A program made the position numbers and the translations under genes. The notes under the pieces were generated by a model. That model ran no database searches and was not told where the DNA came from. It saw only the letters and a list, made by a program, of their open reading frames with translations. From Gammaproteobacteria bacterium (lineage in GTDB: Bacteria > Pseudomonadota > Gammaproteobacteria > SZUA-229), in the NCBI GenBank assembly GCA_030148865.1, contig JASBSR010000007.1, forward strand, positions 642 through 64,641: a stretch of DNA of 64,000 nucleotides. Direction: 5' to 3'. Numbering within the stretch: position 1 is the first letter of the stretch; the number at the start of each line of letters is the position of its first letter. Of the stretch, positions 40,618 to 49,255 are shown piece after piece.

Positions 40618-41023
40618 CATCCGCTAATTGGTGTTTCTGAAAATATGCGTTTTTAAGTCGCCCTTGCAGCTTGCCGCGCCTGTGGCTGCGACAAATTCGA
40701 CAGGCTCGCATTTGAATGTGTGTTTCTACGCAGCCCGAAGGATACTGATTTTTTCTGGAGAAAATTTCAACAGCTATTGTATAGCTGGTCTGGAAGGCGA
40801 ATTACAGGACGTAATTCGTAACGTGCAGGGAAGCGCTGTATAGACCTCACTACCACTATGTTATCAACCTGGGAAAAATGTAGAAACGTGGATTTCCGAC
40901 ACCGTCATTCGGGGATAGCGGTGTGGTGAGGATGAGGAGATGAAGCTGACCCCGGCATGCGCCGGGGTTGACAGGAAAGTGAGGATGACAAGAAAGTCAG
41001 TCAGGCGTGCGACTACGCCACCA

Positions 41024-41341
41024 TCACCCATGCACCAGCGCCACCACCTGATACGCTACTTCCTCATAGGGATGCGCCAGCTTCATCGCGGCAATAGCCG
41101 CGCCCAGTGTTGCCTCCAGGCATACCATCTCGACTTTGTATTCGGCGACGGTTTCCAGCAGGTCGTGCTTACCGAGCACGGGATTGCTGCCAGCGAGCGG
41201 ACGAAACTGGCCCTGACCCAGGCACTGCCAGCTGCAGCAGTCATAGTTACCGATATGGCCGGCACCGGCGGCAAACATCGCTTGCTTGACCGATTCACAG
41301 GCGTTTTCGGGGGCATAAAAACTTATCTGATACATAGGCAA
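41024..41341 (-). CDS. Conserved small protein with a CutA/PII-like (ferredoxin-like) signature
   Basis: 105-aa protein MPMYQISFYAPE...GNYDCCSWQ...KLAHPYEEVAYQVVALVHG. The C-terminal HPYE motif resembles CutA1. The + strand ORF 40940-41392 overlapping it is judged spurious. Confidence 0.4.
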   Translation of the reverse strand: MPMYQISFYAPENACESVKQAMFAAGAGHIGNYDCCSWQCLGQGQFRPLAGSNPVLGKHDLLETVAEYKVEMVCLEATLGAAIAAMKLAHPYEEVAYQVVALVHG

Positions 41342-41524
41342 ATCTCCTGGGGCAAATTTCTGTGGCTAATAAATATCTGTTGGCTATGGTAACCTGTGGC
41401 GCCTGTTCAGCCTGCCAGAGGTGCTAAATCCCTGATTGCTATGTGGACAGCATGAGCGCTGGCTTGTTTAGAATAGGCTTTCAAATATCTTACAATTCAA
41501 TCCAGATGAACAGGAAATAGCTAG

Positions 41525-41806
41525 ATGAGTGGTATCCAACTATCTGCCGAGCTGGTCTCAGACCTCAAGGCGACTGTCGTTAAACACGACCCCGAAGCTG
41601 AAAACGATCTGCTGTATATGCAGTACCTCACCGCTGTCAGCGGATTCTTGCTGGCGCATCAGGATGCTCCCGGCATGGATAAAAAGAGTCTGCTCAACGA
41701 TCTCTGTACCTTTATGGGTCAGGTCGCCGATCAGGTCGAGCGCGATCGCGCGCCGCCACAGCCTGCTGCGGACGCCTTCGGCGTCTGGAAACCGGGTCAG
41801 CCATAG
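41525..41806 (+). CDS. Hypothetical protein (93 aa) upstream of tpm
   Basis: AGGAAA ribosome-binding site about 8 nt before ATG. The product looks protein-like. tpm starts 22 nt downstream. Confidence 0.4.
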   Translation: MSGIQLSAELVSDLKATVVKHDPEAENDLLYMQYLTAVSGFLLAHQDAPGMDKKSLLNDLCTFMGQVADQVERDRAPPQPAADAFGVWKPGQP

Positions 41807-41828
41807 CCGTATTCTCTCGGGTGAGTCG

Positions 41829-42500
41829 ATGAAGCACGATTTCTGGCACCAGCGCTGGCAAAATAACGAGATTGGCTTTCATCAGCAGGAGGTGAATCCC
41901 TATCTGGCACATTATTATGGTCATCTCGGCCCGGATCTGGCGGCGCGCAGCAATTTGAAAGTGTTTGTGCCGTTGTGCGGCAAGTCGCAGGATATGCTCT
42001 GGCTGTCGCAGAACGGCTATGCCGTGGTTGGGGTTGAAGTCAGCCAGATCGCGGTGGAAGATTTTTTCCGTGAAAATGCTCTGCCACTTGAAAAGAGCGA
42101 GCAGGGTGCGCATATCAAATATGCATCGGGCAATATCGAGATCTGGCAAGGCGATTATTTTACCCTGCAGCGCGAGCAACTCGGCGCGATCAGCGATGTT
42201 TACGACCGCGCTTCGTTGATCGCGCTGCCGCCCGAGATGCGTAGCGATTATGCCAGCAAAATGGCCGAGCTGCTGGCACCCGGTGAGCGCATATTGCTGG
42301 TCACGCTGAGTTATGATCAACAGCAGATGAGTGGCCCGCCGTTTTCTGTGGCTGCGGACGAAGTGCAAACGCTGTATCAGGCGAATTTTCAGATCGACAA
42401 ACTGGCGGCGAGAAATATTCTGGAGCAGGAACTGCGCTTTAAGCAAAAAGGATTAACCGCGCTGCACGAAACAGCCTATAAGTTAAAGCGTAATGAATAG
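41829..42500 (+). CDS. tpm: Thiopurine S-methyltransferase (bacterial Tpm; tellurite/selenium methylation)
   Basis: MKHDFWHQRWQNNEIGFHQQEVNP...VFVPLCGKSQDMLWL matches bacterial TPMT. The ATG at 41829 is preferred over the far-upstream start in the ORF track. Confidence 0.85.
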   Translation: MKHDFWHQRWQNNEIGFHQQEVNPYLAHYYGHLGPDLAARSNLKVFVPLCGKSQDMLWLSQNGYAVVGVEVSQIAVEDFFRENALPLEKSEQGAHIKYASGNIEIWQGDYFTLQREQLGAISDVYDRASLIALPPEMRSDYASKMAELLAPGERILLVTLSYDQQQMSGPPFSVAADEVQTLYQANFQIDKLAARNILEQELRFKQKGLTALHETAYKLKRNE

Positions 42501-42616
42501 TGAAAAATATTAAGGCCACAGCTTTAACAAAAAAATCATATCTGAATTGTGGCCTGGGTTAGTGTAGCGTAACTCGGGAACATCAAAATAGAACATCCAC
42601 AGAGAATCGATATCGA

Positions 42617-45583
42617 ATGAGTATCAAGGCAGTAGACATTTCCAGCCAGCTTTCCTCGGCACCGGCGAAGGTCCATCCCGCATTTGAATGGACCGGCACA
42701 CAAACCATCGAGTCGCTCAATATACATCTCGAGTCGTATCGTCACCGCAAAACGGGTGCACTGCATTACCATATTGCGGCGGATAATGCCGAGAATGTGT
42801 TTTTGGTCGCGTTTCGTACTGTGCCGATGGATTCCACCGGGGTTGCGCATATTCTTGAGCACACGGCATTGTGTGGCAGTAAAAATTATCCGGTACGCGA
42901 TCCTTTTTTTATGATGATTCGTCGTTCCCTGAATACTTTCATGAATGCGTTCACCAGCAGTGACTGGACTGCGTATCCGTTCGCCAGCAAAAACCGCAAA
43001 GATTTTAATAATTTAACCGATGTTTATCTCGACGCAGTGTTCTTCACGCGTCTCGATGAACTTGATTTTATGCAGGAAGGCCATCGCGTCGAATTTAAAT
43101 CACCCGGGGATGCCAGTAGCGAGCTGGAATACAAAGGTGTGGTGTTCAATGAAATGAAAGGTGCGATGAGTTCGCCGGTGAGTGTGCTCTGGCAAACGCT
43201 GAGTAAGCATCTGTATCCGACCAGCACCTATCACTACAATAGTGGGGGGGAACCGGATGATATTCCGGATTTAAGCTATCAGCAGCTGCGTGAGTTTCAT
43301 AAAACTCATTATCACCCCAGTAATGCGGTGTTCATGACCTTTGGTGATATCCCGGCGTTCGAGCACCAGAGCAAGTTTGAAGAACGTGCGCTGTCGCAGT
43401 TCGACAAGCTGGATGTGCATATTTCGGTGGCGCCCGAAAAACGCATACTCGCGCCAGTGATTGTTGAAGAAGCTTATGCCTTCGATATTACCGGTGACGA
43501 GACCACATCGAACAAAACCCATCATGTCATGGGCTGGCTGTTAGGACCGTGCACCTCATTAGACGAAATGATGCGCGCTAATCTGTTATCGCAGGTATTG
43601 CTGGATAACAGTTCCTCCCCCTTGCGGCTGGCACTGGAAAAATCCGAGCTCGGTACCTCACCGTCGCCGTTATGCGGTCTGGAAGACTCCAATTATGAAA
43701 TGTGTTTTCTCTGCGGTCTGGAAGGCAGCGAGCCGGAGCACGCACGCGCCTTTGAAAAACGGGTGCTCGATGTGCTCAATGATGTCGCCGACAACGGTGT
43801 ACCGCAGGAACAGGTGGAAGCCGTATTGCACCAGCTGGAACTAAGTCAGCGCGAAATCGGCGGTGACGGTTATCCCTTTGGTTTGCAGTTGATCCTAGGC
43901 GGACTGACTGCGGCGATTCATCGCGCTGATCCAGCGGTATTGCTCAATCTTGATCCGGTGATCGAGTCCTTGCGCGAAGACATTAAAGATCCTGACTTTA
44001 TCAAACAGCTGGTACGCGAGTATTTGCTCACCAATCAGCACCGCGTGTTGCTCACTATGCGACCCGATACTGAATTGAGTCAGCGCAAACAGGACGCAGA
44101 AAAACGACGCCTGCAGCTGATTAAAAATAATCTTAGCGACACGGACAAGCAGAACATTATCAAACGCTCGGTCGATCTCGCACAACGTCAGACTCAGGAA
44201 GATGATCCGGGTATCCTGCCAAAAGTAGGTCTCGAAGATGTGCCTGCGGATATCAGTATGCCCGAGGCACAGTCTGGCGAAATTGCTTCACGCCCGGCAG
44301 ACTTGTACGCGCAGGGCACCAATGGCATTGTCTATCACGAAATCGCCCTCGAGCTGCCGCAGCTGGACACTGCTGAACTCGACCTGCTGCCGTATTACAG
44401 CAGTAACCTGACCGAGCTCGGCTGTGGTGATAAATCCTATCTCGAAGTCCAGGCCTGGCAGTCGGCAATTAGTGGCGGCGTAGGCGCATCACCGAGTATT
44501 CGTGCCGGCACCGATGACGTACAGAAATCAAGGGGTTATTTACTGTACTCGGGTAAGGCGCTGGAACGCAATCACGTGGCACAGGCCGAGATGATGCGCG
44601 AGATCTTTCAGCATCTGCGCTTTGACGAGCACGAACGTATTCGCGAGCTGATTTCACAAAAGCGCGCGCGCCGTGAACGTAGTGTCACTGGCAGTGGCCA
44701 CAGTCTGGCAATGACCGCTGCTGCCAGTGGTTTTAGCCCGGTGGCAAACCTGGGGCATCGTTTCAATGGCCTGGAAGGTATTCGTATTCTCAAGCAGCTG
44801 GACGATGCCAATAAAGATCCGGCAGCGCTCAACGCGCTCGCTGATAGACTCGCAAGTCTGCACACCAGAATACAGCAGGCACCACGGCGTTATATGTTAA
44901 CCGCAGAAGCTGACAAGCTGGATGCTCTGGCAAACTCTTTCGGCGAAGTCTGGCAGGCAGATGCCGCTACCAGCGATACGGGATTTAATCTGGAACCGAT
45001 GCACACCGCCGTGCAGCAAATGTGGCTGAGCAATACTCAGGTGAATTTTTGTGCCAAAGCCTATTCCACGGTGGCGATGGATCATGCCGATGCTGCGGCA
45101 TTGTCTGTGCTCGGTGGTTTTATGCGTAATGGATTTTTGCATACCGCAATACGTGAAAAGGGCGGTGCCTATGGTGGCGGTGCCAGTCACGACACCAGCA
45201 ATGCAGCGTTTCGTTTTTATTCTTATCGCGACCCGCGTCTCCAGGAAACGCTGGATGATTTCGACCGTGCGATCGACTGGGTACTGAACCGTAAACATGA
45301 ATGGAGCCAGATCGAAGAAGCGATACTCGGTGTTATCGGTAGTCTCGACAAGCCCGGCTCGCCAGCAGGTGAGGCGCGCCATGCCTATCACAGTATGCTA
45401 CACGGCCGCACACGCGAAAAATTGCAGGCCTATCGTGAAGCCGTGCTGGCAGTGAAGCTGGCAGATCTGCAACGCGTCACCGAGCGCTATCTAACGCCCG
45501 AGCAGGCCAGCACGGCGGTGATTACCAGCACGGCGACGCATAAAAAAATCGGCGATCTTGGTTTAGAGCTGATTTACCTCTAA
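42617..45583 (+). CDS. M16C-family zinc metallopeptidase (PreP/presequence-protease-like insulinase)
   Basis: The 988-aa protein has the inverted zinc motif HILEH...E and the four-domain M16C layout (VAHILEHTALCGSKNYPVRDPFF). Confidence 0.8.
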   Translation: MSIKAVDISSQLSSAPAKVHPAFEWTGTQTIESLNIHLESYRHRKTGALHYHIAADNAENVFLVAFRTVPMDSTGVAHILEHTALCGSKNYPVRDPFFMMIRRSLNTFMNAFTSSDWTAYPFASKNRKDFNNLTDVYLDAVFFTRLDELDFMQEGHRVEFKSPGDASSELEYKGVVFNEMKGAMSSPVSVLWQTLSKHLYPTSTYHYNSGGEPDDIPDLSYQQLREFHKTHYHPSNAVFMTFGDIPAFEHQSKFEERALSQFDKLDVHISVAPEKRILAPVIVEEAYAFDITGDETTSNKTHHVMGWLLGPCTSLDEMMRANLLSQVLLDNSSSPLRLALEKSELGTSPSPLCGLEDSNYEMCFLCGLEGSEPEHARAFEKRVLDVLNDVADNGVPQEQVEAVLHQLELSQREIGGDGYPFGLQLILGGLTAAIHRADPAVLLNLDPVIESLREDIKDPDFIKQLVREYLLTNQHRVLLTMRPDTELSQRKQDAEKRRLQLIKNNLSDTDKQNIIKRSVDLAQRQTQEDDPGILPKVGLEDVPADISMPEAQSGEIASRPADLYAQGTNGIVYHEIALELPQLDTAELDLLPYYSSNLTELGCGDKSYLEVQAWQSAISGGVGASPSIRAGTDDVQKSRGYLLYSGKALERNHVAQAEMMREIFQHLRFDEHERIRELISQKRARRERSVTGSGHSLAMTAAASGFSPVANLGHRFNGLEGIRILKQLDDANKDPAALNALADRLASLHTRIQQAPRRYMLTAEADKLDALANSFGEVWQADAATSDTGFNLEPMHTAVQQMWLSNTQVNFCAKAYSTVAMDHADAAALSVLGGFMRNGFLHTAIREKGGAYGGGASHDTSNAAFRFYSYRDPRLQETLDDFDRAIDWVLNRKHEWSQIEEAILGVIGSLDKPGSPAGEARHAYHSMLHGRTREKLQAYREAVLAVKLADLQRVTERYLTPEQASTAVITSTATHKKIGDLGLELIYL

Positions 45584-46128
45584 GGGTGAACGATCAGACA
45601 GTCCATATCCTGTTACTGGTGGTGGACTGTCGCATTCGCTGAAGCAGAAACGCTCGGTGATAAAACGTCTGACAGATAAAATACGCGCGCGGCTCAATGC
45701 ATCGATCGCCGAAACCGGTTATCTCGATGAACGGCAGCGTGCGAGCATTGCAATTTCGATGGTGAGCAACAGCAATCGTTATCTGCAACAACAGTTCGCT
45801 TGCATTGAGCAGTATTTAGTCGATGTTCATGAAAGCAGCATCGTCAGTATTGAACAGCACTGGATGTAACAGCGAGTCGTATCTTGCCAGTGATCGATAA
45901 CACATCGATCAAGTTACCGGTTCGCCGGCAATGTGCATCACAACTACATATTATTGTGCCAGTACTCTGTGCCTGTATGATTGCCACCCGTGGTTTAGCA
46001 GCGTTCTGGTGCGACGTCTGATTTTTCGAAAAATATTTAGTGATGCTACTACTGAACCGATTGCTGCGAATATAGTATGAACATTCTAACCCCACACGAG
46101 GTTCACTCACATTTATTCAGGAGTTATT

Positions 46129-46467
46129 ATGAAAGTCGCTTATATTTTTTCTACTCAGGGTCATTCGGTATCGTACAAACTTGGCAAAATGATTCTGCCG
46201 CAACTCGAAGACAATGCGCACGGTGTCGAAGTCGTCGGCATGTTCTTTTTTGAAGACAATGCCTATGTGCTGCAAAAAGGCAATCCCATTGGTGAGCGTC
46301 TGGCTGCGGTGGCAAAAAAGACTGGTATGTTATTGATGGCCTGCGATCAGTGCGCCTACGAACGTGAGATCGAAGATATGCTGGTTGAAGGTGCCTGTAT
46401 TGGCTGTTTTCCGAATCTGTATACGGCCTTGTCTGGCAACATGCCTGATCAGGTGATTACGCTCTGA
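46129..46467 (+). CDS. DsrE/DsrF/TusD-like sulfur-relay family protein
   Basis: The 112-aa protein has DsrE-like architecture (MKVAYIF...VEVVGMFFFEDN...LLMACDQCAYEREI) with a Cys-x-x-x-A-x-ER active-site-like motif. AGGAG ribosome-binding site. Confidence 0.6.
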   Translation: MKVAYIFSTQGHSVSYKLGKMILPQLEDNAHGVEVVGMFFFEDNAYVLQKGNPIGERLAAVAKKTGMLLMACDQCAYEREIEDMLVEGACIGCFPNLYTALSGNMPDQVITL

Positions 46468-46548
46468 TATGTTGACTTATCGAACTGTGATTCGCCCGAG
46501 TACGGGTGCGCTGCGTCTGTCAGCAGTTCGTGAACAGGTCGATGGGCT

Positions 46549-46761
46549 ATGGAAATTCTCTATATCGGCTCCATTGGGATTCTTTCACTGCAATCGCTGG
46601 AGCATTTACTCGCTAACAACTACACTGTGTGCGCGGTTGCTGCCGATCTCCCGGCAGCGCCCGCCGGTCGCACTCGCTGTGCTCCGGGTGTTGTTTGTCC
46701 CTGTAAGGTCAACAGTATCGATTATCCCTTGCTTGATGTGATCAGCTTTGAAGAATCATAA
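46549..46761 (+). pseudogene. Truncated formyltransferase (Fmt/ArnA-N-like) N-terminal remnant
   Basis: MEILYIGSIGILSLQSLEHLLANNYTVCAVAADLPAAPAGRTR aligns to the Fmt N-terminus ([40 protein letters not shown]) and then terminates after about 70 aa. The downstream frames are degraded. Confidence 0.45.
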
Positions 46762-46889
46762 ATACCAGAGGAAAACTGTGTGATTGATGGCAATGTCATA
46801 CAGCTGGGCAACAATTCCGGGGCGTTGCGGGCACGTTTGGCACTGGTATGAAGTGGGCCGGTATCGTCAGTGAAAAAGCTTTATAATAG

Positions 46890-47978
46890 GTGCTCGCGCT
46901 CACACTGGAATTTATTTTGACCCAACTGCAATCATATCAACTGGTCGAGACTCGCTTACAGGAGCAACTGGAAAACGGCACTGCACGCTGTAATCTCTGT
47001 CTGTGGCGCTGCAAAATTGGTCATGGCCAGCGTGGTTTCTGTCAGGCGCATGTGAATCGCAATGGCACACTTTATAATTTATCGTATGGTATTTTGTCCT
47101 CGGTTGATGTTGATAGCATTGAAAGCAAGCCGGTTAAACATTATCGTCCCGGTACCACAGTGATGTCGGTCGGCAGTTATGGTTGCAGCTTTCGCTGCGG
47201 CGGCTGCCATAATCTGGAAATATCCTGGGGTGTGGGCGCGCTCGATAAACTCGCCAAAGGTGAATCCAAAGAAGCCTGGGTGACACCAGAGAAACTCATC
47301 GCAGCAGCACAACGCGCCGGGGTTGACGGTATTGCTTTCACCTATTCTGAACCGGCAGTCTGGCTGGAATATGTGATTGATGTTTGCCAGCTGGCCCACG
47401 CAGCAGGGCTCTATACCGTTTATGTCTCGAACAGTTTTATCACCGACGAAGCGCTGAAACTGGTTGCGCCGCATCTGGATGTGCTGTGCTCGGATATCAA
47501 GAGCATGCGTGATGCGTTTTATAAAGAAATTTGCCGTCCAGCAAAAGTTTCGCAGGTGCTAGCGTCTATTAAAAAAGCACAGGAACTCGGTATTCACGTT
47601 GAAACTCGTACCAATGTGATTCCGGGTAAAAACGACGACCCGGCTGAGCATTACGAAATTGCCTGCTGGGTACGCGATAACCTGGGGGCGGACAGTCCCT
47701 GGCATATCACCAGATTTTTTCCTGCTTACAAACTGAGTCATGTACCACCAACGCCGGATGCGAGCCTGTACGCTGCTGAAGTCGAGGCGAAGCGAGCCGG
47801 GCTGAATAATGTTTATGTCTACAATGACAAAGGCTGTGACTGTGCAACTGAAAATCGCAGCATTGATTTTTATTTGGAAACGTCAGTCGAAGAGTTACAC
47901 CAGATTAAAAAATGCGCTGCTGATTGTTGTGATAGCGAAGGCGTGTTATTAAAGAAATATGAAATTAAGGGGTCATAA
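46890..47978 (+). CDS. Radical SAM enzyme, AmmeMemoRadiSam-system type (PflA-like activase family)
   Basis: Has the CSFRCGGCHN radical-SAM cluster, the N-terminal Cys-rich CNLCLWRC motif and the VDVDSIESKPVKHYRPG block typical of this subfamily. GTG start. No AMMECR1 or MEMO1 partner gene is adjacent. Confidence 0.7.
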   Translation: MLALTLEFILTQLQSYQLVETRLQEQLENGTARCNLCLWRCKIGHGQRGFCQAHVNRNGTLYNLSYGILSSVDVDSIESKPVKHYRPGTTVMSVGSYGCSFRCGGCHNLEISWGVGALDKLAKGESKEAWVTPEKLIAAAQRAGVDGIAFTYSEPAVWLEYVIDVCQLAHAAGLYTVYVSNSFITDEALKLVAPHLDVLCSDIKSMRDAFYKEICRPAKVSQVLASIKKAQELGIHVETRTNVIPGKNDDPAEHYEIACWVRDNLGADSPWHITRFFPAYKLSHVPPTPDASLYAAEVEAKRAGLNNVYVYNDKGCDCATENRSIDFYLETSVEELHQIKKCAADCCDSEGVLLKKYEIKGS

Positions 47979-47984
47979 CTGAAT

Positions 47985-48084
47985 GGCACTTAACTTAAGC
48001 GTAACAAGAATTGGGCGTCATCATTCCCGCTAGAAACATGCGGGAACGACGAGAATATCTTTGATATGCTCTTAAGTAAGTATC
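47985..48084 (-). mobile_element. MITE-like repeat element, copy B (inverted relative to copy A)
   Basis: Its reverse complement matches 27596-27739 apart from the internal insertion in copy A. It contains the hairpin CGTCATCATTCCCGC / GCGGGAACGACG. Confidence 0.6.
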
Positions 48085-48136
48085 ATCCGGGTCATGGCCC
48101 GTATAGTTACTACATTTGATTAGTTAAGAGGTTGTT

Positions 48137-48418
48137 ATGTCTAGAATAGTGAATTGTGTTGTGCTAAAAACTGAAGCCGAAGGCATGGAAGCGCCGCCGC
48201 ATCCGGGTGAACTGGGGCAGCGCATTTATGAAAACGTTTCCAAAGAAGGCTGGAAGCAGTGGTTAGAGCGTCTGACCACTATCATTAACGAAAATGGTTT
48301 GAATACAGCTGATCCGAAAAATATTGAGCTGATCGAAAAACATATGAAGGGATTTTTCTTTGGCGAAGGCGATTATGGTCAGATGCCAGCTGGTTTTAAG
48401 GCTGGCGGTGGTAAATGA
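48137..48418 (+). CDS. yggX: Fe(2+)-trafficking protein YggX
   Basis: Colinear with E. coli YggX (MSR.I.C..L..EAEG....PGELG.RIY...SKE.W). Confidence 0.9.
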   Translation: MSRIVNCVVLKTEAEGMEAPPHPGELGQRIYENVSKEGWKQWLERLTTIINENGLNTADPKNIELIEKHMKGFFFGEGDYGQMPAGFKAGGGK

Positions 48419-48445
48419 CAATCTCGTCTTAATGCCATAGCTGTG

Positions 48446-49255
48446 TTAGAAAAAGTGCCGCGCTTGCGGCACTTTTTCGTTGCCGAAGAAATCAACCAGA
48501 TTGTCATAATACTCAGGCTCGCCTGAAATTGAATTGTGGTCAGTATTTTTGATCTGTTTTGTGACTAATATGTTTTCTGGTAAATGTGCTGCCAGATTAT
48601 CGGTGAAGCGAGCGGGAATCAGCCGGTCGTGTTCGGCTGATAATATCAATGTTTCAGCGCTGATCTGGTTGGCGTATTTCCATGACTCATATGTATCTTC
48701 CATCAACAGGCTAACCGGAAAGATGGGGTACTGTGATTGTGCAATATTGAGGATGCTGTCATAAGGCGTAACCAGCGCGAGTTTGTGCACCGGTCGCTGG
48801 GCAGCGACATAGACAGCTATGCCGCTGCCCAGGCTTTTGCCGATGAGATCGATACGGCTATGAGCTTTATGTACATGGTCGAAGATTGCTAGCGCATCAC
48901 CGTATAAGTGTTCTTGTGTCGGTTTGCCTTCGCTTTCGCCGTAACCGCGATAGTTCACAAAATAAATAGTGTGTGCAGGAAATAGCACTGTAAAATTTTG
49001 TATAAAAAAGTCGATGCGTTCCGCATTGCCGCCGTAATAAATCATGGCATCTTGTCTGTCAGGATTAACTATCCAGCCGCGCAGAGTGATACCCTCATGC
49101 TGAAATTCGAAATTGTGTTCAGCTTCGTAAGTGCTGGCTTGTCTTGGAAAATACAAAAACTGACGCTGTAAGAAATACATACTGATAACAGCCACCAGAT
49201 AAAGTCCGGTTGCGGATACGATTATCCAGCGAAGTGTCGACATTGTTATCTCCAT
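48446..49255 (-). CDS. Alpha/beta-fold hydrolase with an N-terminal membrane anchor
   Basis: GKSLGSG nucleophile elbow. An Asp/His catalytic-triad layout is plausible. N-terminal TM helix. Overlaps the upstream ATP-grasp gene by 10 bp. Confidence 0.7.
   Translation of the reverse strand: MEITMSTLRWIIVSATGLYLVAVISMYFLQRQFLYFPRQASTYEAEHNFEFQHEGITLRGWIVNPDRQDAMIYYGGNAERIDFFIQNFTVLFPAHTIYFVNYRGYGESEGKPTQEHLYGDALAIFDHVHKAHSRIDLIGKSLGSGIAVYVAAQRPVHKLALVTPYDSILNIAQSQYPIFPVSLLMEDTYESWKYANQISAETLILSAEHDRLIPARFTDNLAAHLPENILVTKQIKNTDHNSISGEPEYYDNLVDFFGNEKVPQARHFF
48449..48478. terminator. Bidirectional intrinsic terminator between yggX and the convergent hydrolase gene
   Basis: GAAAAAGTGCCGC-gctt-GCGGCACTTTTTC is a perfect stem, with an A-tract on one side and a T-tract on the other. 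It overlaps the last roughly 10 codons of the minus-strand hydrolase. Confidence 0.6.

Noticed and set aside
40940-41392. 150-aa plus-strand ORF
   Set aside because: Overlaps the minus-strand CutA-like gene, which has a conserved, protein-like sequence. Its own translation is Arg/Ala-rich, typical of an antisense frame.
41712-42446. 244-aa minus-strand ORF
   Set aside because: Lies fully antisense to the well-supported tpm gene, and its product is Arg/His-rich, low-complexity and not protein-like.
45657-45869. 70-aa GTG-start ORF downstream of the M16 peptidase
   Set aside because: No ribosome-binding site and no recognisable family. It may be real, but the evidence is insufficient. It sits just after a 9-bp-stem hairpin (45608-45637).
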